Position numbers and translations under genes: made by a program
Shown here: one piece after another, positions 1 through 12,300 of the stretch
Layout: each line of letters opens with the position of its first letter
How positions within the stretch are numbered: position 1 is the stretch's first letter
Notes under the pieces: generated by a model
Databases searched by the model: none
Told to the model about the DNA's origin: nothing
The model's input: only the letters and a program-made list of their open reading frames with translations
NCBI GenBank assembly: GCA_964057225.1
Contig: OZ059900.1
Span: 2,914,001 to 2,978,000, forward strand
Length of the DNA stretch: 64,000 nt
Direction of reading: 5' to 3'
Source of the DNA: Auanema rhodensis
Taxonomy: Eukaryota > Animalia > Nematoda

Positions 1-347
1 ACTAAGTATGGTCGTTTTTATGCCTTTAACACCATATACTCACCGATTTTTGGTACAAAATCTGTAATACTTGTAAATTTTGATCATATTTGTTAAGATT
101 CGAGAATCAAACACATAATACACGAAATAAGTCTATTTTTACAAGTTTGCACTGATATTTATTCATTTTGATCAAAAAAGGTCGAAAATAGAAAGAATTT
201 TTGAAATTTCCGAGTTTTGAGTCCAATTTGGCTAAATCGCTCATATATAAGATCAAAAGCATAGTTTTATTGTCTATAACAACAAAAGTCATCAATTAAA
301 CGCTTGTGATGTTTAAATACTGAATTTCGCTCAAATAGCATTACTAC
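1..347 (+). repeat. Representative 347-bp monomer (M1; carries the AAAT-ACTGA 1-bp deletion allele)
   Basis: The next monomer starts at 348. The 3' part reads GTTTAAATACTGAATTTCGC, versus TAAATCACT in 348-bp monomers. Confidence 0.97.
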
Positions 348-694
348 ACTAAGTATGGTCGTTTTTATGCCTTTAACACCATATACTCACCGATTTTTGG
401 TACAAAATCTGTAATACTCGTAAATTTTGATCATATTTGTTAAGATTTGAGAATCAAACATACAATACACAAAATCAGTCTATTTTTATGAGCTTGCACT
501 GATATATATTCATTTTGATCAAAAAAGGTCGAAAATAGAAAGAATTTTTGAAATTTCCGAGTTTTGAGTCTAATTTGGCTAAATCGCTCATATATATGAT
601 CAGAAGCATAGTTTTATTGTCTATGACAACAAAAGTCATCAATTAAACGCTAGTGATGTTTAAATACTGATTTTCGCTCAAATAGCATTACTAC

Positions 695-1042
695 ACTAAG
701 TATGGTCGTTTTTATGCCTTTAACACCATATACTCACCGATTTTTGGTACAAAATCTGTAATACTCGTAAATTTTGATCATATTCGTTAAGATTTGAAAA
801 TCAAACACACAATAAACAAAATCAGTCTATTTTTATGAGTTTGCACTGATATATATTCATTTTGATCAAAAAAGGTCGAAAATAGAAAGAATTTTTGAAA
901 TTTCCGAGTTTTGAGTCTAATTTGGCTAAATCGCTCATATATATGATCAAAAGCATAGTTTTACTGTCTATGATAACAAAAGTCTTCAAATATACACTAA
1001 TAATGTGTAAATCACTGAATTTCACTCAAATAGCTTTACTAC
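695..1042 (+). repeat. Representative 348-bp monomer (M3)
   Basis: Anchor motif at 695 and 1043. The 3' part reads GTGTAAATCACTGAATTTCACTC. Confidence 0.97.
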
Positions 1043-4000
1043 ACTAAGTATGGTCGTTTTTATGCCTTTAACACCATATACTCACCGATTTTTGGTACAA
1101 AATCTGTAATACTTGTAAATTTTGATCATATTCGTTAAGATTCGAGAATCAAACATACAATACACAAAATCAGTCTATTTTTATGAGCTTGCACTGATAT
1201 ATATTCATTTTGATCAAAAAAGGTCGAAAATAGAAAGAATTTTTGAAATTTACGAGTTTTGAGTCTAATTTGGCTAAATCGCTCATATATATGATCAAAA
1301 GCATAGTTTTACTGTCTATGATAACAAAAGTCTTCAAATATACACTAATAATGATTAAATCACTGAATTTCACTCAAATAGCATTACTACACTAAGTATG
1401 GTCGTTTTTATGCCTTTAACACCATATACTCACCAATTTTTGGTACAAAATCTGTGATACTCGTAAATTTTGATCATATTCGGTGAGATTCGAGAATCAA
1501 ACACACAATACACGAAATAAGTTTATTTTTACGAGTTTGCACTGATATTTATTCATTTTGATCAATAAAGGTCGAAAATAGAAAGAATTTTTGAAATTTA
1601 CGAGTTTTGAGTCTAATTTGGCTAAATCGCTCATATATATGATCAGAAGCATAGTTTTTTTGTCTATGACAACAAAAGTCATTAGTTAAACACTAATGAT
1701 GTTTAAATCACTAAATTTCGCTCAAATAGCATTACTACACTAAGTATGGTCGTTTTTATGCCTTTAACACCATATACTCACCGATTTTTGGTACAAAATC
1801 TGTAATACTTGTAAATTTTGATCATATTCGTTAAGATTCGAGAATCAAACACATAATACCCGAAATAAGTCTATTTTTATGAGTTTGCACTGATATTTAT
1901 TCATTTTGATCAAAAAAGGTCGAAAATAGAAAGAATTTTTGAATTTTCCGAGTTTTGAGTCCAATTGGGCTAAATCGCTCATATATATGATCAAAAGCAT
2001 AGTTTTACTGTCTATGATAACAAAAGTCTTCAAATATACACTAATAATGTGTAAATCACTGAATTTCACTCAAATAGCTTTACTACATTAAGTATGGTCG
2101 TTTTTATGCCTTTAACACCATATACTCACCGATTTTTGGTACAAAATCTGTAATACTTGTAAATTTTGATCATATTCGTTAAGATTCGAGAATCAAACAC
2201 ATAATACACGAAATAAGTCTATTTTTATGAGTTTGCACTGATATTTATTCATTTTGATCGAAAAAGGTCGAAAATAGAAAGAATTTTTGAATTTTCCGAG
2301 TTTTGAGTCCAATTGGGCTAAATCGCTCATATATATGATCAAAAGCATAGTTTTACTGTCTATGATAACAAAAGTCTTCAAATATACACTAATAATGATT
2401 TAATCACTGAATTTCACTCAAATAGCATTACTACACTAAGTATGGTCGTTTTTATGCCTTTAACACCATATACTCACCGATTTTTGGTACAAAATCTGTG
2501 ATACTCGTAAATTTTGATCATGTTCGGTGAGATTCGAGAATCAAACACACAATACACGAAATAAGTTTATTTTTACGAGTTTGCACTGATATTTATTCAT
2601 TTTTATCAAAAAAGGTCGAAAATAGAAAGAATTTTTGAAATTTCCGAGTTTTGAGTCTAATTTGGCTAAATCGCTCATATATATGATCAAAAGCATAGTT
2701 TCACTGTCTATGATAACAAAAGTCTTCAAATATACACTAATAATGTGTAAATCACTGAATTTCACTCAAATAGCATTACTACACTAAGTATGGTCGTTTT
2801 TATGCCTTTAACACCATATACTCACCGATTTTTGGTACAAAATCTGTGATACTCGTAAATTTTGATCATATTCGGTGAGATTCGAGAATCGAACACACAA
2901 TACACGAAATAAGTTTATTTTTACGAGTTTGCACTGATATTTATTCATTTTGATCATAAAAGGTCGAAAATAGAAAGAATTTTTGAAATTTCCGAGTTTT
3001 GAGTCTAATTTGGCTAAATCGCTCATATATATGATCAAAAGCATAGTTTTATTGTCTATGACAACAAAAGTCATCAATTAAACGCTAGTGATGTTTAAAT
3101 ACTGAATTTCGCTCAAATAGCATTACTACACTAAGTATGGTCGTTTTTATGCCTTTAACACCATATACTCACCGATTTTTGGTACAAAATCTGTAATACT
3201 TGTAAATTTTGATCATATTCGTTAAGATTCGAGAATCAAACACATAATACCCGAAATAAGTCTATTTTTATGAGTTTGCACTGATATTTATTCATTTTGA
3301 TCAAAAAAGGTCGAAAATAGAAAGAATTTTTGAAATTTACGAGTTTTGAGTCTAATTTGGCTAAATCGCTCATATATATGATCAGAAGCATAGTTTTATT
3401 GTCTATGACAACGAAAGTCATTAATTAAACACTAATGATGTTTAAATCACTAAATTTCGCTCAAATAGCATTACTACACTAAGTATGGTCGTTTTTATGC
3501 CTTTAACACCATATACTCACCGATTTTTGGTACAAAATCTGTAATACTCGTAAATTTTGATCATATTCGGTGAGATTCGAGAATCAAACACACAATACAC
3601 GAAATAAGTTTATTTTGACGAGTTTGCACTGGTATTTATTCATTTTGATCAAAAAAGGTCGAAAATAGAAAGAATTTTTGAAATTTCCGAGTTTTGAGTC
3701 TAATTTGGCTAAATCGCTCATATATATGATCAAAAGCATAGTTTTACTGTCTATGATAACAAAAGTCTTCAAATATACACTAATAATGTGTAAATCACTG
3801 AATTTCACTCAAATAGCTTTACTACACTAAGTATGGTCGTTTTTATGCCTTTAACACCATATACTCAACGATTTTTGGTACAAAATCTGTAATACTCGTA
3901 AATTTTGATCATATTCGGTGAGATTCGAGAATCAAACACACAATACACGAAATAAGTTTATTTTTACGAGTTTGCACTGATATTTATTCATTTTGATCAA

Positions 4001-5912
4001 AAAAGGTCGAAAATAGAAAGAATTTTTGAAATATCCGAGTTTTGAGTCTAATTTGGCTAAATCGCTCATATATATGATCAAAAGCATAGTTTCACTGTCT
4101 ATGATAACAAAAGTCTTCAAATATACACTAATAATGTGTAAATCACTGAATTTCACTCAAATAGCATTACTACACTAAGTATGGTCGTTTTGATGCCTTT
4201 AACACCATATACTCACCGATTTTTGGTACAAAATCTGTGATACTCGTAAATTTTGATCATATTCGGTGAGATTCGAGAATCAAACACACAATACACGAAA
4301 TAAGTTTATTTTTACGAGTTCGCACTGATATTTATTCATTTTGATCAAAAAAGGTCGAAAATAGAAAGAATTTTTGAAATTTCCGAGTTTTGAGTCTAAT
4401 TTGGCTAAATCGCTCATATATATGATCAAAAGCATAGTTTTATTGTCTATGACAACAAAAGTCATCAATTAAACGCTAGTGATGTTTAAATACTGAATTT
4501 CGCTCAAATAGCATTACTACACTAAGTATGGTCGTTTTTATGCCTTTAACACCATATACTCACCGATTTTTGGTACAAAATCTGTAATACTCGTAAATTT
4601 TGATCATATTCGTTAAAATTTGAGAATCAAACATACAATACACAAAATCAGTCTATTTTTATGAGCTTGCACTGATATATATTCATTTTGATCAAAAAAG
4701 GTCGAAAATAGAAAGAATTTTTGAAATTTACGAGTTTTGAGTCTAATTTGGCTAAATCGCTCATATATATGATCAGAAGCATAGTTTTATTGTCTATGAC
4801 AACGAAAGTCATTAATTAAACACTAATGATGTTTAAATCACTAAATTTCGCTCAAATAGCATTACTACACTAAGTATGGTCGTTTTTATGCCTTTAACAC
4901 CATATACTCACCGATTTTTGGTACAAAATCTGTAATACTCGTAAATTTTGATCATATTCGGTGAGATTCGAGAATCAAACACACAATACACGAAATAAGT
5001 TTATTTTGACGAGTTTGCACTGGTATTTATTCATTTTGATCAAAAAAGGTCGAAAATAGAAAGAATTTTTGAAATTTCCGAGTTTTGAGTCTAATTTGGC
5101 TAAATCGCTTATATATATGATCAAAAGCATAGTTTTACTGTCTATGATGACAAAAGTCTTCAAATATACACTAATAATGTGTAAATCACTGAATTTCACT
5201 CAAATAGCTTTACTACACTAAGTATGGTCGTTTTTATGCCTTTAACACCATATACTCAACGATTTTTGGTACAAAATCTGTAATACTCGTAAATTTTGAT
5301 CATATTCGGTGAGATTCGAGAATCAAACACACAATACACGAAATAAGTTTATTTTTACGAGTTTGCACTGATATTTATTCATTTTGATCAAAAAAGGTCG
5401 AAAATAGAAAGAATTTTTGAAATTTACGAGTTTTGAGTCTAATTTGGCTAAATCGCTCATATATATGATCAGAAGCATAGTTTTTTTGTCTATGACAACA
5501 AAAGTCATTAGTTAAACACTAATGATGTTTAAATCACTAAATTTCGCTCAAATAGCATTACTACACTAAGTATGGTCGTTTTTATGCCTTTAACACCATA
5601 TACTCACCGATTTTTGGTACAAAATCTGTAATACTTGTAAATTTTGATCATATTCGTTAAGATTCGAGAATCAAACACATAATACACGAAATAAGTCTAT
5701 TTTTATGAGTTTGCACTGATATTTATTCATTTTGATCAAAAAAGGTCGAAAATAGAAAGAATTTTTGAATTTTCCGAGTTTTGAGTCCAATTGGGCTAAA
5801 TCGCTCATATATATGATCAAAAGCATAGTTTTACTGTCTATGATAACAAAAGTCTTCAAATATACACTAATAATGTGTAAATCACTGAATTTCACTCAAA
5901 TAGCTTTACTAC

Positions 5913-7304
5913 ACTAAGTATGGTCGTTTTTATGCCTTTAACACCATATACTCACCGATTTTTGGTACAAAATCTGTAATACTTGTAAATTTTGATCATA
6001 TTCGTTAAGATTCGAGAATCAAACACATAATACACGAAATAAGTCTATTTTTATGAGTTTGCACTGATATTTATTCATTTTGATCAAAAAAGGTCGAAAA
6101 TAGAAAGAATTTTTGAATTTTCCGAGTTTTGAGTCCAATTGGGCTAAATCGCTCATATATATGATCAAAAGCATAGTTTTACTGTCTATGATAACAAAAG
6201 TCTTCAAATATACACTAATAATGATTTAATCACTGAATTTCACTCAAATAGCATTACTACACTAAGTATGGTCGTTTTTATGCCTTTAACACCATATACT
6301 CACCGATTTTTGGTACAAAATCTGTGATACTCGTAAATTTTGATCATATTCGTTAAGATTCGAGAATCAAACACATAATACACGAAATAAGTCTATTTTT
6401 ATGAGTTTGCACTGATATTTATTCATTTTGATCAAAAAAGGTCGAAAATAGAAAGAATTTTTGAATTTTCCGAGTTTTGAGTCCAATTGGGCTAAATCGC
6501 TCATATATATGATCAAAAGCATAGTTTTACTGTCTATGATAACAAAAGTCTTCAAATATACACTAATAATGATTTAATCACTGAATTTCACTCAAATAGC
6601 ATTACTACACTAAGTATGGTCGTTTTTATGCCTTTAACACCATATACTCACCGATTTTTGGTACAAAATCTGTAATACTTGTAAATTTTGATCATATTCG
6701 TTAAGATTCGAGAATCAAACACATAATACACGAAATAAGTCTATTTTTATGAGTTTGCACTGATATTTATTCATTTTGATCAAAAAAGGTCGAAAATAGA
6801 AAGAATTTTTGAATTTTCCGAGTTTTGAGTCCAATTGGGCTAAATCGCTCATATATATGATCAAAAGCATAGTTTTACTGTCTATGATAACAAAAGTCTT
6901 CAAATATACACTAATAATGATTTAATCACTGAATTTCACTCAAATAGCATTACTACACTAAGTATGGTCGTTTTTATGCCTTTAACACCATATACTCACC
7001 GATTTTTGGTACAAAATCTGTAATACTTGTAAATTTTGATCATATTCGTTAAGATTCGAGAATCAAACACATAATACACGAAATAAGTCTATTTTTATGA
7101 GTTTGCACTGATATTTATTCATTTTGATCAAAAAAGGTCGAAAATAGAAAGAATTTTTGAATTTTCCGAGTTTTGAGTCCAATTGGGCTAAATCGCTCAT
7201 ATATATGATCAAAAGCATAGTTTTACTGTCTATGATAACAAAAGTCTTCAAATATACACTAATAATGATTTAATCACTGAATTTCACTCAAATAGCATTA
7301 CTAC
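5913..7304 (+). repeat. Run of four near-identical monomers (M18-M21), local monomer amplification
   Basis: Monomers at 5913, 6261, 6609 and 6957 share CCAATTGGG, GAATTTTCC and ATGATTTAATC. Their ORF translations (6019, 6367, 6715, 7063) are identical. Confidence 0.9.
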
Positions 7305-9391
7305 ACTAAGTATGGTCGTTTTTATGCCTTTAACACCATATACTCACCGATTTTTGGTACAAAATCTGTGATACTCGTAAATTTTGATCATGTTCGGTGA
7401 GATTCGAGAATCAAACACACAATACACGAAATAAGTTTATTTTTACGAGTTTGCACTGATATTTATTCATTTTTATCAAAAAAGGTCGAAAATAGAAAGA
7501 ATTTTTGAAATTTCCGAGTTTTGAGTCTAATTTGGCTAAATCGCTCATATATATGATCAAAAGCATAGTTTCACTGTCTATGATAACAAAAGTCTTCAAA
7601 TATACACTAATAATGTGTAAATCACTGAATTTCACTCAAATAGCATTACTACACTAAGTATGGTCGTTTTTATGCCTTTAACACCATATACTCACCGATT
7701 TTTGGTACAAAATCTGTGATACTCGTAAATTTTGATCATATTCGGTGAGATTCGAGAATCAAACACACAATACACGAAATAAGTTTATTTTTACGAGTTT
7801 GCATTGATATTTATTCATTTTGATCAAAAAAGGTCGAAAATAGAAAGAATTTTTGAAATTTCCGAGTTTTGAGTCTAATTTGGCTAAATCGCTCATATAT
7901 ATGATCAAAAGCATAGTTTTATTGTCTATGACAACAAAAGTCATCAATTAAACGCTAGTGATGTTTAAATACTGAATTTCGCTCAAATAGCATTACTACA
8001 CTAAGTATGGTCGTTTTTATGCCTTTAACACCATATACTCACCGATTTTTGGTACAAAATCTGTAATACTCGTAAATTTTGATCATATTCGTTAAGATTT
8101 GAGAATCAAACATACAATACACAAAATCAGTCTATTTTTATGAGCTTGCACTGATATATATTCATTTTGATCAAAAAAGGTCGAAAATAGAAAGAATTTT
8201 TGAAATTTCCAAGTTTTGAGTCTAATTTGGCTAAATCGCTCATATATATGATCAGAAGCATAGTTTTATTGTCTATGACAACGAAAGTCATTAATTAAAC
8301 ACTAATGATGTTTAAATCACTAAATTTCGCTCAAATAGCATTACTACACTAAGTATGGTCGTTTTTATGCCTTTAACACCATATACTCACCGATTTTTGG
8401 TACAAAATCTGTAATACTCGTAAATTTTGATCATATTCGGTGAGATTCGAGAATCAAACACACAATACACAAAATAAGTTTTTTTTGACGAGTTTGCACT
8501 GATATTTATTCATTTTGATCAAAAAAGGTCGAAAATAGAAAGAATTTTTGAATTTTCCGAGTTTTGAGTCCAATTGGGCTAAATCGCTCATATATATGAT
8601 CAAAAGCATAGTTTTACTGTCTATGATAACAAAAGTCTTCAAATATACACTAATGATGTGTAAATCACTGAATTTCACTCAAATAGCTTTACTACACTAA
8701 GTATGGTCGTTTTTATGCCTTTAACACCATATACTCAACGATTTTTGGTACAAAATCTGTAATACTCGTAAATTTTGATCATATTCGTTAAGATTTGAGA
8801 ATCAAACATACAATACACAAAATCAGTCTATTTTTATGAGCTTGCACTGATATATATTCATTTTGATCAAAAAAGGTCGAAAATAGAAAGAATTTTTGAA
8901 TTTTCCGAGTTTTGAGTCTAATTTGGCTAAATCGCTCATATATATGATCAAAAGCATAGTTTTACTGTCTATGATAACAAAAGTCTTCAAATATACACTA
9001 ATAATGTGTAAATCACTGAATTTCACTCAAATAGCTTTACTACACTAAGTATGGTCGTTTTTATGCCTTTAACACCATATACTCAACGATTTTTGGTACA
9101 AAATCTGTAATACTCGTAAATTTTGATCATATTCGTTAAGATTTGAGAATCAAACATACAATACACAAAATCAGTCTATTTTTATGAGCTTGCACTGATA
9201 TATATTCATTTTGATCAAAAAAGGTCGAAAATAGAAAGAATTTTTGAAATTTCCGAGTTTTGAGTCTAATTTGGCTAAATCGCTCATATACATGATCAGA
9301 AGCATAGTTTTATTGTCTATGACAACAAAAGTCATCAATTAAACACTAATGATGTTTAAATCACTAAATTTCGCTCAAATAGCATTACTAC

Positions 9392-12300
9392 ACTAAGTAT
9401 GGTCGTTTTTATGCCTTTAACACCATATACTCACCGATTTTTGGTACAAAATCTGTAATACTTGTAAATTTTGATCATATTTGTTAAGATTCGAGAATCA
9501 AACACATAATACACGAAATAAGTTTATTTTTACGAGTTTGCACTGATATTTATTCATTTTGATCAAAAAAGGTCGAAAATAGAAAGAATTTTTGAAATTT
9601 CCGAGTTTTGAGTCTAATTTGGCTAAATCGCTCATATATATGATCAAAAGCATAGTTTTATTGTCTATAACAACAAAAGTCATCAATTAAACGCTTGTGA
9701 TGTTTAAATACTGAATTTCGCTCAAATAGCATTACTACACTAAGTATGGTCGTTTTTATGCCTTTAACACCATATACTCACCGATTTTTGGTACAAAATC
9801 TGTAATACTCGTAAATTTTGATCATATTCGTTAAGATTTGAGAATCAAACATACAATACACAAAATCAGTCTATTTTTATGAGCTTGCACTGATATATAT
9901 TCATTTTGATCAAAAAAGGTCGAAAATAGAAAGAATTTTTGAAATTTCCGAGTTTTGAGTCTAATTTGGCTAAATCGCTCATATATATGATCAGAAGCAT
10001 AGTTTTATTGTCTATGACAACAAAAGTCATCAATTAAACGCTAGTGATGTTTAAATACTGATTTTCGCTCAAATAGCATTACTACACTAAGTATGGTCGT
10101 TTTTATGCCTTTAACACCATATACTCACCGATTTTTGGTACAAAATCTGTAATACTCGTAAATTTTGATCATATTCGTTAAGATTTGAGAATCAAACATA
10201 CAATACACAAAATCAGTCTATTTTTATGAGCTTGCACTGATATATATTCATTTTGATCAAAAAAGGTCGAAAATAGAAAGAATTTTTGAAATTTCCGAGT
10301 TTTGAGTCTAATTTGGCTAAATCGCTCATATACATGATCAGAAGCATAGTTTTATTGTCTATGACAACAAAAGTCTTCAAATATACACTAATAATGTGTA
10401 AATCACTGAATTTCACTCAAATAGCATTACTACACTAAGTATGGTCGTTTTTATGCCTTTAACACCATATACTCACCGATTTTTGGTACAAAATCTGTAA
10501 TACTTGTAAATTTTGATCATATTCGTTAAGATTCGAGAATCAAACACATAATACACGAAATAAGTCTATTTTTATGAGTTTGCACTGATATTTATTCATT
10601 TTGATCAAAAAAGGTCGAAAATAGAAAGAATTTTTGAAATTTCCGAGTTTTGAGTCTAATTTGGCTAAATCGCTCATATATATGATCAGAAGCATAGTTT
10701 CATTGTCTATGACAACAAAAATCATCAATTAAACGCTAGTGATGTTTAAATACTGATTTTCGCTCAAATAGGATTACTACACTAAGTATGGTCGTTTTTA
10801 TGCCTTTAACACCATATACTCACCGATTTTTGGTACAAAATCTGTAATACTCGTAAATTTTGATCATATTCGTTAAGATTTGAGAATCAAACATACAATA
10901 CACAAAATCAGTCTATTTTTATGAGCTTGCACTGATATATATTCATTTTGATCAAAAAAGGTCGAAAATAGAAAGAATTTTTGAAATTTCCGAGTTTTGA
11001 GTCTAATTTGGCTAAATCGCTCATATATATGATCAAAAGCATAGTTTTACTGTCTATGATAACAAAAGTCTTCAAATATACACTAATAATGATTAAATCA
11101 CTGAATTTCACTCAAATAGCATTACTACACTAAGTATGGTCGTTTTTATGCCTTTAACACCATATACTCACCGATTTTTGGTACAAAATCTGTAATACTT
11201 GTAAATTTTGATCATATTTGTTAAGATTCGAGAATCAAACACACAATACACGAAATAAGTTTATTTTTACGAGTTTGCACTGATATTTATTCATTTTGAT
11301 CAAAAAAGGTCGAAAATAGAAAGAATTTTTGAAATTTCCGAGTTTTGAGTCCAATTTGGCTAAATCGCTCATATATAAGATCAAAAGCATAGTTTTATTG
11401 TCTATAACAACAAAAGTCATCAATTAAACGCTTGTGATGTTTAAATACTGAATTTCGCTCAAATAGCATTACTACACTAAGTATGGTCGTTTTTATGCCT
11501 TTAACACCATATACTCACCGATTTTTGGTACAAAATCTGTAATACTCGTAAATTTTGATCATATTCGTTAAGATTTGAGAATCAAACATACAATACACGA
11601 AATCAGTCTATTTTTATGAGCTTGCACTGATATATATTCATTTTGATCAAAAAAGGTCGAAAATAGAAAGAATTTTTGAAATTTCCGAGTTTTGAGTCTA
11701 ATTTGGCTAAATCGCTCATATATATGATCAGAAGCATAGTTTTATTGTCTATGACAACAAAAGTCATCAATTAAACGCTAGTGATGTTTAAATACTGATT
11801 TTCGCTCAAATAGCATTACTACACTAAGTATGGTCGTTTTTATGCCTTTAACACCATATACTCACCGATTTTTGGTACAAAATCTGTAATACTCGTAAAT
11901 TTTGATCATATTCGTTAAGATTTGAGAATCAAACATACAATACACAAAATCAGTCTATTTTTATGAGCTTGCACTGATATATATTCATTTTGATCAAAAA
12001 AGGTCGAAAATAGAAAGAATTTTTGAAATTTCCGAGTTTTGAGTCTAATTTGGCTAAATCGCTCATATACATGATCAGAAGCATAGTTTTATTGTCTATG
12101 ACAACAAAAGTCTTCAAATATACACTAATAATGTGTAAATCACTGAATTTCACTCAAATAGCATTACTACACTAAGTATGGTCGTTTTTATGCCTTTAAC
12201 ACCATATACTCACCGATTTTTGGTACAAAATCTGTAATACTTGTAAATTTTGATCATATTCGTTAAGATTCGAGAATCAAACACATAATACACGAAATAA

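Noticed and set aside
88-105. CENP-B-box-like motif ATTCGTTAAGATTCGAGA (common allele at monomer positions ~88-105)
   Set aside because: It resembles CTTCGTTGGAAACGGGA, but the spacing between TTCG and the second CG is one base too long and CGGG is CGAG. The site is also among the most polymorphic in the monomer, so it cannot be supported as a functional box.
241-255. TATA-like promoter or A-tract curvature signal in each monomer
   Set aside because: TATA-like words and A/T tracts are expected at this base composition. I could not establish ~10-bp phasing by eye, and there is no transcript evidence.
1-347. Tandem RNA-gene array (5S rDNA, tRNA, snRNA, spliced leader)
   Set aside because: The unit is uniformly AT-rich. 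I recognise no 5S, tRNA or snRNA sequence, no Pol III A/B/C boxes and no GC-rich structured core.
2808-3077. Longer 89-aa ORF as a distinct gene
   Set aside because: It results from a single private substitution (AATCGAAC at ~2891) that removes the usual stop codon in one monomer.
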